DNA of 64,000 nt from Ruditapes philippinarum (Eukaryota). A program made the position numbers and the translations under genes. The notes under the pieces were generated by a model, which worked only from the letters and a program-made list of their open reading frames with translations, did no database searches and had not been told where the DNA came from. The stretch is from contig NW_026863691.1 in NCBI RefSeq assembly GCF_026571515.1, positions 372,001-436,000 of the forward strand, read 5' to 3'. Positions 13,546 to 27,249 of this stretch are shown piece after piece. The stretch's first letter is position 1, and every line of letters begins with the position of its first letter.

Positions 13546-16285
13546 TATTTCCTTGTCATTGACAGAAGAGCCTACACGCAATAAGAGGCTCATTTTTGAT
13601 TACTTTGTATGACAAATATATTATGTGAGGGCATTTATAAATGAAAAGGCAAGATGTATAGTTTCATGGATAGTGAATATATCCGGCTGTCATTTGCCAG
13701 TGTGTCTTTTTAATGATTTAAGTTTAGAGGAAAATCTGTAAAAAAAACGTTATATCAGGTTGATACCGCATGCGTTTCGCATTTTGAATACAGGAAGAGG
13801 GTAAGGATTTCTCCATATAAGACATAAGACCATAAAAATGTTATAACGGTATGGGGAGGAAATATGACTATATTTTTGAATATTAAAATTAAAGAAATTA
13901 AAATGTTGGTTGATGTAAATAACGATATAAATATGTAATATATGTTGTGTGTTAATTTTTCTTAAACCCTATATTTTATGCTAGTTGAATCTTTGTTGTA
14001 TGATTTGTATGCTTTGTTCATATTAAAACTCCTTATTCCCCATTCCATTAGGCTGTGCATGCAACTTAATTTTAGTTAACTTTGTTTGTTACCCTGTATG
14101 TGCTTTATCTTGTTTCTTTTTTATGCTGTATTAGTTCTATCATAAATTTTTATGCACTTTTTATAAGTAAGTTTTATTTATCTATTTATTTATTTATATA
14201 TTTTTTAGGAAACCTTCAATTACGTATTTATAAATTGTAGATGTTAACTTATAACTATTACTATTCTATTAATTTTTTATATTTTATTATTATTTTTATT
14301 TATTTCACATTGCTATATGTATCATACTTAAATTTCTAGACTACAGTCATTTATTACTTTTAGAAACTGTTATTACCTTTAATACAATATGTACTGTGCA
14401 TGTCATCAATCTATGCCTTAATTTACCATCTTATTGTAAAGTTCTTCTTAACCATGATACTCTTATTTCATGCTTAAAGCTGCTAATAGTTTTATATGTT
14501 TTATTTTCAGAACTGTTATATGTTAGTAAATATGTTTTATGCCTTTGTTATTGTCGGTAAATAGCTTATTAGCTAATGTTTCTTGTAATATGTAATCCGA
14601 CTTAAAATAAAGTTTCTTGTATCTTGTATCTTGTATCTTGAAAGGCTGTGTATGTAGCAGTGTGAAACAGTCGCTAGAACATATCCTTTTCATCTTAGAA
14701 ATAATATGTGTTCTGTGCTGTTTCGACTAATACACAGCTTAAGACAACAGGGATACGTGTGTTTGAAATCATTTGAATGATAATGTTCTAGAAAGGATGC
14801 AAAAAAAACGTCTTTACTCTACAAATTCCAAGCACTCCTTAAATATTATTCTTGTTATCAAAATAAAATTAATGTTAATCTTATCTAAACAATTGAACAA
14901 ATGAGTTCCCCGACTCCTCTCTTCATCTTCACTTTAAGCATTCAGAAATACAAGATTCTTATTAGCTATTCTGGGTGCACATTACGACTTTAAATTGATA
15001 ATAAGAAACAATAGAACGTTATGAAATTATTTGATTTATTAAAAGAAAAAAAAACTCCAAACAAACATAAATAAGTGGTTAATATTGCTTGACTTTATAA
15101 GATTAAACATTGTCATTTTATAATCATGTTTTTCGTCATTTCCAAAATGATACATCAAAATTCAAACATAAAAAATTACACATTCAAACATAACAAATAC
15201 AATAAGAGTGTCACAACAGAAGCTTGATAAATCTCGTGTAGAAATGTACGAGCATCGAAACTGAACATGCATGCATACTTGATCAAGATACACTTTTACT
15301 TAAACATTTTTCATAAATTGCCACGCATTCTACCTTTACATAAAGTTGACATTATGCCATTTCTTTGTCAAGTTGAGCTTAATTGACTTTGTATTTCAAA
15401 AAAAAGGACTGCTCAAATGGCGATTGTCAAACAGCTGATATTGTAAAATGTTTATGATAAAATATAAATCTGCCTAAAATATAAAAAGACTGCCCCACTC
15501 TTTTTTATAAATGAACTTTACAGGTAAATTCCGATGGATATTTACAAAGTTTACCTTGGGTCTCGTGAGTGATTTATCGTCGATGCCAAATAAATATATA
15601 AATTGAAAGAAATTATGGAAAATGAAAGCTTATTATAACTTGTACCTTAACATTTGGATTGACATGTTATTGTTCAAATGCTGAATAAATAAATTGAAAA
15701 TTGAAAATGCATGGATGGGAATGTTAAATTTTTTTTATTTGTAAGTCTGTTTAAAATTACTTTTTGCACAATAGAATTGAAGTATTTCAAATGAATGACA
15801 ACACAATTTACTTTGGTAAATCAAGTAAATTTAATCAGTCTAGTAAATTGACAGTGTTATATAAAAAAAATCAAATACTAGTATCAATTTAATTTTGTAA
15901 ATGCTTACTTATAAACACTAACCTATACTTAAAGATCCGGTAACTCAATTTTTTATGATTGTATATCATAAATATTATGCTCAAATGAAGATTTGTCAAT
16001 ATTGTTAGTTCCAAAAAGCATTATTTGTAAACAAATTACCTAATTTTCATTTCAGGTTAATTAAGAGAGGTAATTAGAAATTTAGAAAAAGTCTAAGTCA
16101 AACTTTTCAATAAGAAATGAATGCATATATTTTAATGATTTCATAGAATGTGGACAAATATTTGCAGTACATATTTTATATATTCTTCGAAGTTTGAAGC
16201 ATAATTATATACATATATAAAATTTCTCTGAAGTGTGGTAATAATCTTAATTATAACATACAGGTTCTTTAAAGAAAAGACATCT

Positions 16286-16455
16286 ATCCAGCTAGTTTAC
16301 GGAACGTCGGTGGTTCTACTCAGGTGCCCGTTCGTGCCTGAAATAATGCACGGAAGGGCACCTGAGGTCTTCCTCCACCAGTTTAAGCTGGAACGTCGCG
16401 ATTTGACCTATACTGTGTCGATGTGACGTAAAACCCAAAACAAACAAACAAACAC
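16286..16455 (+). mobile_element. 5'-truncated SINE-like element with (CAAA)n tail
   Basis: GC-richer body ending gacgtaaaacccaaaacaaacaaacaaac; related inverted copies at ~1665 and ~42585. Confidence 0.75.
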
Positions 16456-16911
16456 AATAAAGAAAAGACATAACCAAGGGGTTTCATCACATATAAAACA
16501 CAAGATCAACAAGGAACGGCGGCGTTCAATGAACTCAACTCCTTCACGACCCAAGTTCATACATTAAATTATGCTAATGATAACAGGGGACATCTGGATG
16601 AATGTAAATTGTTGTTCTTAGCAAAAAATACGTAAACTTTTCGAGCACAATGATTTAATGCTAAAAAGTGCTTACAAATCTTATAATCTTATGGACTATT
16701 ATAAACAAGACCGAAATGACTTTTATGAAAAAGTCAGTAAATGTATTAGTATAATGTATCTAAGTAAACATTTTATTTTTTAAAATCTCACAAAATAACA
16801 ATTGTTTTTACTTTATAGCTCGTGCATCCTCAACGTGTTGAACAACATGTTCAAATTCAATGTTGAAATACCAACAATCGATGTAAATGGTCTAAACTAA
16901 ATAGCTTCACT

Positions 16912-19900
16912 TCACACATCTGTAACCTTTTTATTTACCGACGAATTTTCATCAACGGCTGTACGGTTCCCTTTGTCTTCCTTTGATACAAAACAAGTGC
17001 AATCAACAATGCCGGAATCTTCAACGGGTGTCGAACCTATTGATACTAAGAGGGCGTCGCCTTTTGTACAGAACACGGAACCGTCGGCATAGTACACACA
17101 GGGCCACACAACCTCATATACACTGTTCGTATCTTTTGTTTCATCTTTGATACGCTCTTTCGCTGAATAAACTTTGAAGTGTTCCTTACAATACTGTTTT
17201 CCAACAACATCAAAGTTCAAAGCTAGACGCGGAGTGGAAACAACCATCACCCAGCAACAATCTACAAATTTGTGTAAAAATTCCTGTAGCATTTTCTTTG
17301 CTTCTTCAGTTTTGTCCTCTATTTGAAACCATGGTATTTCTTTACCAATAAACACTTTTTCTAACACCTCCTGCATATAATTAGGTGAGATATGTTATTG
17401 TTAAGACATGTGAGAAGCAAGAATTATAGATATATAAATCTAAGGCATTTTCTTGAACTTTTATAAAGCAATATATATTTAAATAGCTTCTTAAAGAATA
17501 CTGAATGCTGTTAAAGTAGTAAGTTCAAAAGAAATATTTTTCAATGTCTTTATAAAATATACGCACCTGACTTATCCTTGCCCTTGCAGTATCTTTGATT
17601 GCATATTTCCTTCTCAATGCATACAGTTCTTCATGCTTAATAATACCAATAAAAGATTTTTTAACATTACAAAACATTCATAGTTGCTACATTTGGTAAG
17701 AAAAGCAACAATAATTCAATTTTTACACTGTATAATTTCTATTATTTTTTTCATTAGTATCTGCCTGGCTGATAAAAGACTATAAATCTATTTTCATTTT
17801 TGGGTTAAAAAAGCAAAACAACTATAGTTCGAGTAATGTAATCGGATGTCTGGATTTCAGCAGATAACAATCTTTATAAATACCTCTTCATGGGATGGAC
17901 TACCCTGTGATTCACTCAAAAGCATAAACTGACGGAGTTGTTCGTCTGCTAAACAAAGGCATTCTTGATAACTTTCCTAGAACCAAAAGACAATGTTCAC
18001 ATTGCTTTCAATCTATAAAACGTGATAGAATATATAAAGAATCAAAAGATCTTTTAAAAACATTTAGACATCTCATTACCGTTAAAAGAATAGGTAATTG
18101 TAAATGCAAAATTATAAGCATAATTAGCAAATGATAGTAAATATATCAGTAAGACAAGCCTGTTGGGAAAACGATGATAAAATAGTTGAAACTATTATAA
18201 CTCTTTTTTTCAACAAGTATTGAATCGAATCTCCAAACCTTTAAAAGTAAGTTTATACTGAGTCATGAAATGATAATACCACTTAAACGTTTCAGTAGAA
18301 AAACATAAAAATAAAAAGTTACCACCATTTTCAGTAGACGTCAAAATGTCTTTCTATTTATATGTTATAAATATTTTTAACATATAAATATCCGGAAAAA
18401 AGTATCGCTCGGAAGCATTTAAAACAGCAAAACATGAACATTGCAGACTCGGTTTAATTGAGTATGTACATGAGGGATAATGAAAAATGTAACACTCCCC
18501 ATGTCCCATAGCATAGCTTGAACTATGTCAGTTAGCTTTATTTTAATGTAATAGGTAAATCATATTGAGATATTGTTCCTTGTAAAAGTACCTTCATCAA
18601 TGACGTTAGACTCTGAATTATTTGATCTTCCAATATTCCCTGTTTTGCTAGCCAAATCGATAACTTTGCCCAATCATTGCTATATACATTGCTGAACTGA
18701 GTTATGATATTAATTTTCGACAAACTGTCATTGGTACTTTCAAAGGCTCCCGATGTGTCCATCACCTTCGCCATATGTTTAGTAATTTCACTTGAGCTAA
18801 AAATTGAAGGAAAGATACAATATTTATAACAGTAAAAATTCCAAAACATAATTAAAGTGACTTACATTTTAAACTACTTACTTTTTCATTAAATACACGC
18901 TGAATACTGTAACTTTATTTGATAAAACAAAAATGTAATAATAACCAAAAGTAAAGCACAAAAAATATGTTACCGTTTTTCTGCTGTTTTACTTCTCTCT
19001 TGAAACTTCTTGATAATTAATTGTTGGTCTTTGATTTCATTTTGTTGGTGTTTGATTTCATTTTGTAATTGTTTTATTTGGCGTTCCAATTTATCGTTAG
19101 TATCAAGAACATCATCGAGGACTGTGTTTTGTTCTGTCGGATTTCCGTTTTTAGCCATCAGTTTCTTTTATATAGAATATATAGAATAAAACGAAAAGTA
19201 TGTTAATCTTGCAACACACATTTTATACGACTATTCTTTCTTTATATAGCTTCAGGACTAAATTGGTATCCAGGTTTGTAGCTATCCTGTTGTTTTATTA
19301 AAATAATTATAAAAAGAATAATAAAATAGAAAACCTTGAAAACCAAACAAAACATAAGTTAATAAGAACAAAATTTGATCAGAATTTTAATACCTGTCTT
19401 AATTCCCACTTTAATCATTTAATTAATATTTTCATATTTTACATATTGGCGATAAAGAGTGTATACGAATTTAATATTGGGTTAAATTGAACAACTTACA
19501 AGAACAATATGTCTGCAAGTGTGCTATATAATTACTTACAGATTGTCCTCTGTTCTGTTGTGATTTTTTTTCTATCCTGAAATTTAATTGTAAGAAAACT
19601 AATCAATATCAAGTTGTATATCAAAATCAAGTGCTAACTGATATCAGAAAATAATCTTTCAATGTATTTTGCTGGTTTAACGAGCCTTCATTTCAATAAA
19701 ACATTGATGTAAAGATGAATTGGAATTTTTCATATTGAACACATACATAAATGATATTTTTACTTATTTCTTAGTTTGTTTTAATTAATCTTTTATTACG
19801 TTGATAAGAGCACATATGTTTCTTTGTGTTAACTTTCATACTATTGACCTATCTTTTATTGCAAAGGTGATTAGACATAAAAATTATCTATTTCCCCTGT

Positions 19901-20383
19901 ATGTAAATTACTATAGGTAACGTAAACATTCATATACATGCTCTTTTACTTACCACTTTCGATTTTGAAATGGTCTACTTTCGATTTTGAAATATTCTAC
20001 TTTCGATTTCAATTTTTGTTTTGTTTCGTTTTCGAATATTACTTATAAACAAAATACTGACTTTAAGGAGTGCATTTAGGTAGACAAGTAACAATAAAGA
20101 GATACTATTAACCCGTTCTTATTTCCTTTGTCAGTAGGAGCTTCAAGGACACAGTGTGATGCATTGGAAGCATTTATTAGACCTTCTACATACAGTCCTA
20201 AAATTATTAAAAGAAATTTTCATTATAAAATTATAAAAATAATGAATATATATGCATTAATTTTTCTGTTTAACATATTCAAGATTTAAGTCACAAATGA
20301 TTATAAGCTCATGTAAACTCAGTCATAAATATACTAATACTTTACTTTACTTTACTGGAGTTGAGGTCGCAAGACGTCATCAT
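16912..20383 (-). CDS. MIEAP/SPATA18-domain protein, paralog C (5' end uncertain)
   Basis: Exons 20356-20383 (tentative), 20113-20197, 19540-19576, 18974-19164, 18592-18796, 17884-17976, 17567-17635, 16912-17370. Motifs IITQFSNVYSNDW and DCCWVMVVSTPRL...EVVWPCVYY...KGDALL. The start is ambiguous because of the poly-C run at 20396-20413. Confidence 0.78.
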
Positions 20384-21159
20384 CGTCTTCTATAACCCCC
20401 CCCCCCCCCCCCCATGGTTTTGTACCCAGTTCTGATCCGGTATGGTGGTATACTGTGAAATGTTGCAACAGTAATCTACAGTTATCAACAGTAATAAAAA
20501 AAGTATTACCTTCATATAACATCGCATATGACCCTATTAATAATCACTTATAAATATTTACTTAGAGACAATAAAATACCAATAAGGAACCGTATACTTA
20601 ATATTTTGTATGATATTTAATTATTAAAGCGCCCCCTATCGTATCATAAACCAGTCGCAACTTCTCGGTCTCTTCCGTCAAGTTTCCGATAAAGGATCGA
20701 GTACGATAACGGTATTACTTATATAAAGCGTATAAATTATTACTGGGATTTATTTACTTTAGTTATTTCATTGTATCTTGTGAAAGTCGACTTAATTTAA
20801 ATAAACTTATAGATATGTAGTAAAAAAAAACGTTAATCATATTCTAATTACTATCACTAAGAGTGTACCTGATGACAATACGTCCTTGTATGTTTACAAT
20901 TATTATCCTTATTGTTCCTTTTATCTAAAACGTTTAACTGTTATCCTAAAACATAGATGATATGATTTTCATGCAGTTAGTTCATGTGTAATACGAAACG
21001 ACATATTTAGAAAATGTGTTTCTTCTGATTTATTAAGCATTGAAACTATTTTTAACGATGTAATTAATAATAATTTAAGCTTAGATAGCGGTATTGACTC
21101 TATATCTGCTATTTTATACAAAAATACATATGATATTTTCGGAGTTACGAAAGTTGTTA

Positions 21160-22031
21160 AAACTTTTAAGTACAGACGGAAATTTAAAAGTCAATGGTTT
21201 GACCAAAATTGTGAGCGTGAAAGAGAGAATTTTGTTCATGCAAATAGATTGTATTCAAATTGTAGATCTGCACTTCATAGAGAAAATCTGATTAATAATA
21301 GACGATTGTATAGATTAGCTAAGAGGAGAGCAAAGACAAAATATCACTTAGCTCAAAAGAATAAAATGCATAATTTATCAAAAACGTCTCCGAAATTGTT
21401 TTGGAAGGAAATAAAAAAGTTTAGAAAGAAAAGTCCCGATTGTATAAAGTGTCGAATGAAACGTTTTTTTAACCGATTTCAATAATTTATTTAATAGCCA
21501 AAATGTATTTTCAAATGATGATGTTGAACAGTGTATTAATAGTGATGATGTTATATTACAACAAGTTGATATGTCAGATAAAGAAATTACAATAGAGGAG
21601 GTATCTAAGGCTATTTCTTCGCTAAATAGGAATAAAAGTGGTGGTTATGACTTACTTTTACCAGAAATAATTATTGAATGTAATGATTTATTATCTCCAA
21701 TTTTAAGTAAAATTTTTAATCATATTTTCACAAGTGGATCTTATCCAACCTCATGGAATGAATAAAGCAATTAATTATTGTACCTGTCCCGAATAAAACG
21801 GATCCAAGTGAAGTAAATAATAATAGGGGTATTGCGTTTTCAAAAAATTTCTCAGTAATCCTAGATAATAGACTTCGAAAATGGTCAGAGGTCAATAATT
21901 TCTTAACAGATAATCAGTATGGATTTAGGAATAGTAGAAGTACTATTGACTGCATATTTGTTCTAAATTATGTTATTGATAAGATTATTAAACGTGATAA
22001 AAAGAAATTGTATACTGCATTTGTAGATTTC
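21160..22031 (+). mobile_element. Degraded LINE ORF2 fragment (linker to start of RT), RTE-X-like
   Basis: Broken frames encode WFDQNC, PKLFWKEIK, EITIEEVSKAISSLNRNKSGGYD, YPTSW, QYGFR..RSTIDCIF and KKLYTAFVDF; several stops and frameshifts. Confidence 0.85.
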
Positions 22032-22680
22032 CTAGTTTTAATACCACAATTCATTAAAGCAATATGTATGACCCTACTTGGGTTTTGATTTCAGCTTCTT
22101 GGCTTCTGATGAAGTTATTAAAGATATAATCTGGTCATCATATATACATTTTGAGATCTGACAAGTGACTTTTCTATTCATGAAAATTTCAGTTAGAATA
22201 GGAATAATCCTCTATAGGGATATTTTCTGAAATATTTTGCCCGTCAACCATATAAAACAAGATCATTTATATATGCCAGGCATATTTTTCTCCTTAAAAA
22301 ATCACATCTCAAGCATGAATACTAGATTTTAAGATAGGGTTAGGAACATTTCTTAAAATGTTAGTCTATGGGAAAATATCATAACGAAAAAGGCCTAAGT
22401 GACAAAAAATATTAAAATATAAAATAAAAGAAATATCATCGGCTCTGTGAGAACCAAATAACTGTGGTTTCTGAGCTCGAATATCGGCGAAGTATTCCGA
22501 ATAGTTTCTTGTTAACATATAAGCTTCCCTTCATAGCAATCTAAATTCCATTAAAACTCTATGCATTTTGGATTTTGTTTCATATCCCATAAACATAGAA
22601 CCTCAAAAACCACTTTTGAATGTGCTTTTATTCGGAACAGCAAAAGGGTAAAAAAGTAAACTCAGCCATTGACTATATTA

Positions 22681-23237
22681 CGGTGGCATAGAGGGGACAA
22701 CAGAAATATTTTATCACGTGCGCACGCGATGAGGGACATCAGAAATATTTTATCTATCACGTGCGCACGCGATAGCTACTACGTGCGCACGCGACAGCTA
22801 CTACGTGCGCACGCGATAACTACTACGTGCGCACGCGATATCTACTACGTGCGCACGTAATACCTTCCATTTCTAAAATGGACAGGGAAGTAAGTGCTCA
22901 TTCATGACTTGTTTGAAATTAAAAGCTATCGCGTGCGCACGTAATAAATTGTAGTATATAGTAATAGTTATAGTAGTCATAGCGTGCGCACAGTAATAGT
23001 AATAGTAGTCATAGCATAGTAATAGTAATAGAAGTCATAGCGTGCGCACGTGGTAGCTATCGCGTGCGCACGTGGTATTTAAATATTTTCCGATGTCCCC
23101 AAACGCGTGCGCACGTGACATATAAAATATGCTGTCCTCCATCGCGTGCGCACGTGATAGATAAAATATTTCTGATGTCCCCCATCGCGTGCGCACGTGA
23201 TAGATAAAATATTTCTGATGTCCCCTCTATGCCACCG
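22681..23237. mobile_element. MITE with TIRs CGGTGGCATAGAGGGGACA, flanked by TA
   Basis: Perfect 19-bp terminal inverted repeats, TA on both sides, many internal CGTGCGCACG palindromes. Confidence 0.9.
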
Positions 23238-26006
23238 TAATAATGTAATTCGCATGGACGAAAAATAGTCAGTTCAACTCAATTTTTACAATGATAAAAT
23301 ACATGTAAGCATAATGTCACTTTAATGGTTTGCGATTGGAAAAATTGGTTTACAGTGGCACAGAATGAGGAATTTGATAAACATTGTTTGGAATTTGCTA
23401 CTAGTTGTGGATTGCGGTTTCAATTTACGTGACTGTAATGTACGAGTAAAAAAGTTGTGTTAAGATGTATGTAAGATCCAAAGTCTTTGTCAGTACATTT
23501 ATTTAATTAATTTATTGTTCGGCAGTTAAAAAACATGTAAAAGCGGAAAATATGCTCATCTTCCAATGAATGTATGTCATTTCTATATGCAATGCATTGT
23601 TAATAAGATTTTTTTATATTTTTCACATACATTTCATTTATTCCTATTTAAAAAATTGTATTTAGATATATACAATGTATTGATTTATCTTTACTTTAAT
23701 TATAACTTGAATTTCACATGTATTACAATTCTATATCTTACGTTGTTTAGTTAATATACATATGACGTATTAAGTGTTTGTGATATAAACATATGTATTA
23801 CCTCATTACCTCATTTAAGGTGTTTTATATGTTTGCGTTTCATTTTTTATGTGTCTATAAAAATTGTTCACAATTTCCTTGCTTGTTTGAATGAAAATAT
23901 AAGTAGATTTATTTTCTTTAATAAATAAAGAGTTTTAATGTAGCGGGTTATTAACGTATGACCGTATCAACACTCGTCTAAGCGTGTATAAAACTGTTAT
24001 CTCTGTCACGTGAATTCCGTGCGCAGAATCCTACAGCTTTAGTAAATCACTTTAAATTCCAACGTGGTAACATCGTTCATTAAAATCCACAGCCAATGTT
24101 TATATAGCAGCTGATATGGTTTAAAATGCCGAATTCCGTCATCTAACATTCAGATAAGTATTTTATTTGCCATAATTGTTTTTTTTAACTGTTAGAGATG
24201 GTATTCTATGATTTTAAGTTTTACCTCTCATGTACATTGTATTTCATAGTGAGTTCGCTACCTTTGTTCTCTACCTTGTCTTAATTAAATAAATCAGTTA
24301 GCTTTAGTGCTGTTAGTATTATACAATATAAAAGTGCATGATTTATTTAGTTTCCGACTGTTTAATACATTTGAATATTCTTTTACTTTTTGAAAACCCA
24401 ATTTTCTAGTTATCTGGACACATCGGCACGAACACGTGCTTGGTTTCTCCTAAACAGATAAAGTGATTCAACATTGACGATTTATTCTATTTATCTATAT
24501 ATTTGGTTTATATTTCAATATATTACGAATTTCAATTACAGCAGTATATGCCCTATCTGTAGCAGAATTCTGTTGTTATTCATTGAATGAATTTAGTTGG
24601 GTTTTTTCCCCGCATAATATAAACTTAAATGAGTTTGCGTACATTTTATTTCTTATGTGGTGTCAATTAGCATCCACTTATTCAGTAGGTGGTTAAAACA
24701 AGATAAAATGAACAGAAATGGTAATGTACAACTTTCGTGAAAAACCCTAGCATAACCAAAATGATTGGCAGGTCATCGGCACGTGAGTCTAATCCCATCA
24801 GTTATCAAAGGACGTACACCTGTTGTCTTTTCTTATGAAGAAATTGGTCATTCAAGCAGTAAACAAAATAGCATAGTGGCATGGCATGATTTTTGGTTGA
24901 CAGTTAACAAAGAAATTCAATACGCATATGTATGGAGGGTTATTTATGCCAAAATTACATCTTGCTTTCTTACGTTACATCGTGCTTTCTAACTTGTACA
25001 TCGTGCTTTCTAACTTGTACATCTTGCATTCTGACATATACATCTTGCATTCTGACTTTTACATGTTGCTTTCTTACCTGCACACTATATATGCTTTCTG
25101 CTGTGTGCGACTTGCTTAATTTTATGTTGATGTCGTTATTTTACGATCAATTATTATTCATTTGTTGATCTGGTATATTAATTCAATAAATTAACCTGCA
25201 ACTGTTTGTATTTGGGTCTATTTACTCAGCATGAATGACGAATGTCATAAGGTAGAATGCGCATAGCCGAAAGCCGAATGCGGGAAGCATAATACAACGC
25301 GACATCTGGTGTAATAATATGTGATACCCAAATTATGCTAACAGGTGGCGCTACAGTTATATTCTCGGTAAAGTCCGTATTGCGGTTCGGATTCAGTTTA
25401 CCAAGTTACGTCCCTTTGTTTTAAAATTTCCATTTGCACTCATGGAGGAAATATACAAAACGATTTAACCAATTTTTATATATATTAATGAAACTCTGTA
25501 GGTCAAATTATATTTCCAGCTGACAATGACAAGTTGCACATTTCCAAATCAATGGTTTGAGAATTTTTTTTTATTCATCAACAAAATAATTATAAAATAG
25601 AACAGTTGTTCAACATTGTTCAAAGTTCTTTGGCCATAAAAAACTTCTTATTAAAATATTTCATACTCTTGAAAAGTTCTTAAATTTTGACATGGCTTAT
25701 TTCCAATACCTGTGACCATCCACAACATTTTTAATGTGTTTCTATTAATTAGGACATTTTCTTGCCTATTTTCAAACTAATTTTGTAGACACGTTAGATT
25801 TTTTAAATTCAACTTGTCAAAAAAAATGTCTTTTTTTCACTAAGTTGAAATTATTCCAAGATGCTTTATGAATACGGCCCCAGGTTCTTGTTCACAGTGT
25901 CAGCTTAAAACTGAAGGAACTGCTGCCAAAATCAGCTGATTCTTAGGAAGAAAAAAAAGAAAGAAAAAAGGCAAAACTGTCTAGACTGTCAATCTATGAG
26001 AGTTTA

Positions 26007-26388
26007 GCTTTAGGACGAATGATTTCATAATATTAATTGATGAGTACATAAAAACAAAATGTACAAAAATGTCCCAAGAAATGGTTATAAAATCAAATGA
26101 ATTGTTTGTCATAGAAGATATTAATAAACATTTTTTTTATACATTCTCAGTGGTGTTTGTATTGCAAATACTATTGCCTTAAGATATAAAACTTTTTTTT
26201 GTTTTAAATGAGTAAGATCTGCTATACATTTCCAATATCATGAACGCTATAATTAAAGAAAACTACTAAAAAGGCATCTTCAGCCAAACATGCAATATTC
26301 ATTTTATAACCATTTCTTGGGACCATTTTTGTACATTTTGTTTTTATGTACTCATCAATTAATATTATGAAATCATTCGTCCTAAAGC
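26007..26388. mobile_element. MITE with ~90-bp TIRs (GCTTTAGGACGAATG...), flanked by TA
   Basis: 26007-~26093 is the reverse complement of ~26301-26388. Confidence 0.85.
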
Positions 26389-26919
26389 TACACCACGGTG
26401 CATATCTATATCGGCACCCTCTTTGCGAAATCTGCTCAAACGGTACCCTCTTTACACATGCACAGGTCATTCTCTGCTAAAAACAAACCAGCGATGGATA
26501 ACAATCCAGTAACATTTCAATGTAATAAGGAAAGGGGGTTTGACACGTACAAAAGATATATACCACGGAACACTAAAATGTTTTATTTATGTGCTGATTT
26601 GTCATGTGCCCGTTTTTCATGTACTGCAACTTTACAATAAGCTACAAAAAATCGACGTGTCTTGCCTCGCCCATCACCTCGACATACTTTTCGGGCTGCA
26701 ATGAACCGTGGGCTTGATTATATATGCATCATACATATTTAATATGTTCATTTACATATCATCTTCGGATAAATGGCAGTATATTGTCAAAAATAAATTC
26801 ATAAAAACACCCTACTTTCGGTTTTGCAGCGTACCCTCATGGCACAACATATGCTTTTATTTGCGTTAATCGTTAAATAGGTATGTAATATTTCTTACTT
26901 TTATGTAAATATTACATAC

Positions 26920-27249
26920 ATAGAGGATATTGAATGAGTGTAAGATCAGTACTGAATTTATTGCACGAGTAGAATAAAATTATATTATGCGAGCCTCTGG
27001 CGAGCATAATATTATTTTATTCAACGAGTGCAATAAATTCAGTAATGAACTTACACGAATTTAATATTCTATTTATCACATACCCAAAATAAAGACCGTT
27101 TAAAGTGAAATTAGAGTCATTTTTCTAGTATAACGCTAACATTTAGCGCGTCCTTAAATAACGCTAATGAAGTCACGTCAAAATATATGCACGGCCGTGC
27201 AATACCATATTTACGGAGTCGCAAAATCGGCACGTTTGTGTGATAAATG
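26920..27249. mobile_element. Dispersed non-autonomous element with ~150-bp imperfect hairpin
   Basis: Palindromic arms around GCGAGCCTCTGGCGAGC; inverted copy at 48780-49144. Confidence 0.75.

Noticed and set aside
2268-20710. Similar ~55-bp sequence at ~2268-2325 and ~20655-20710
   Set aside because: Non-equivalent positions in the two genes; most likely an old dispersed repeat rather than a conserved regulatory element.
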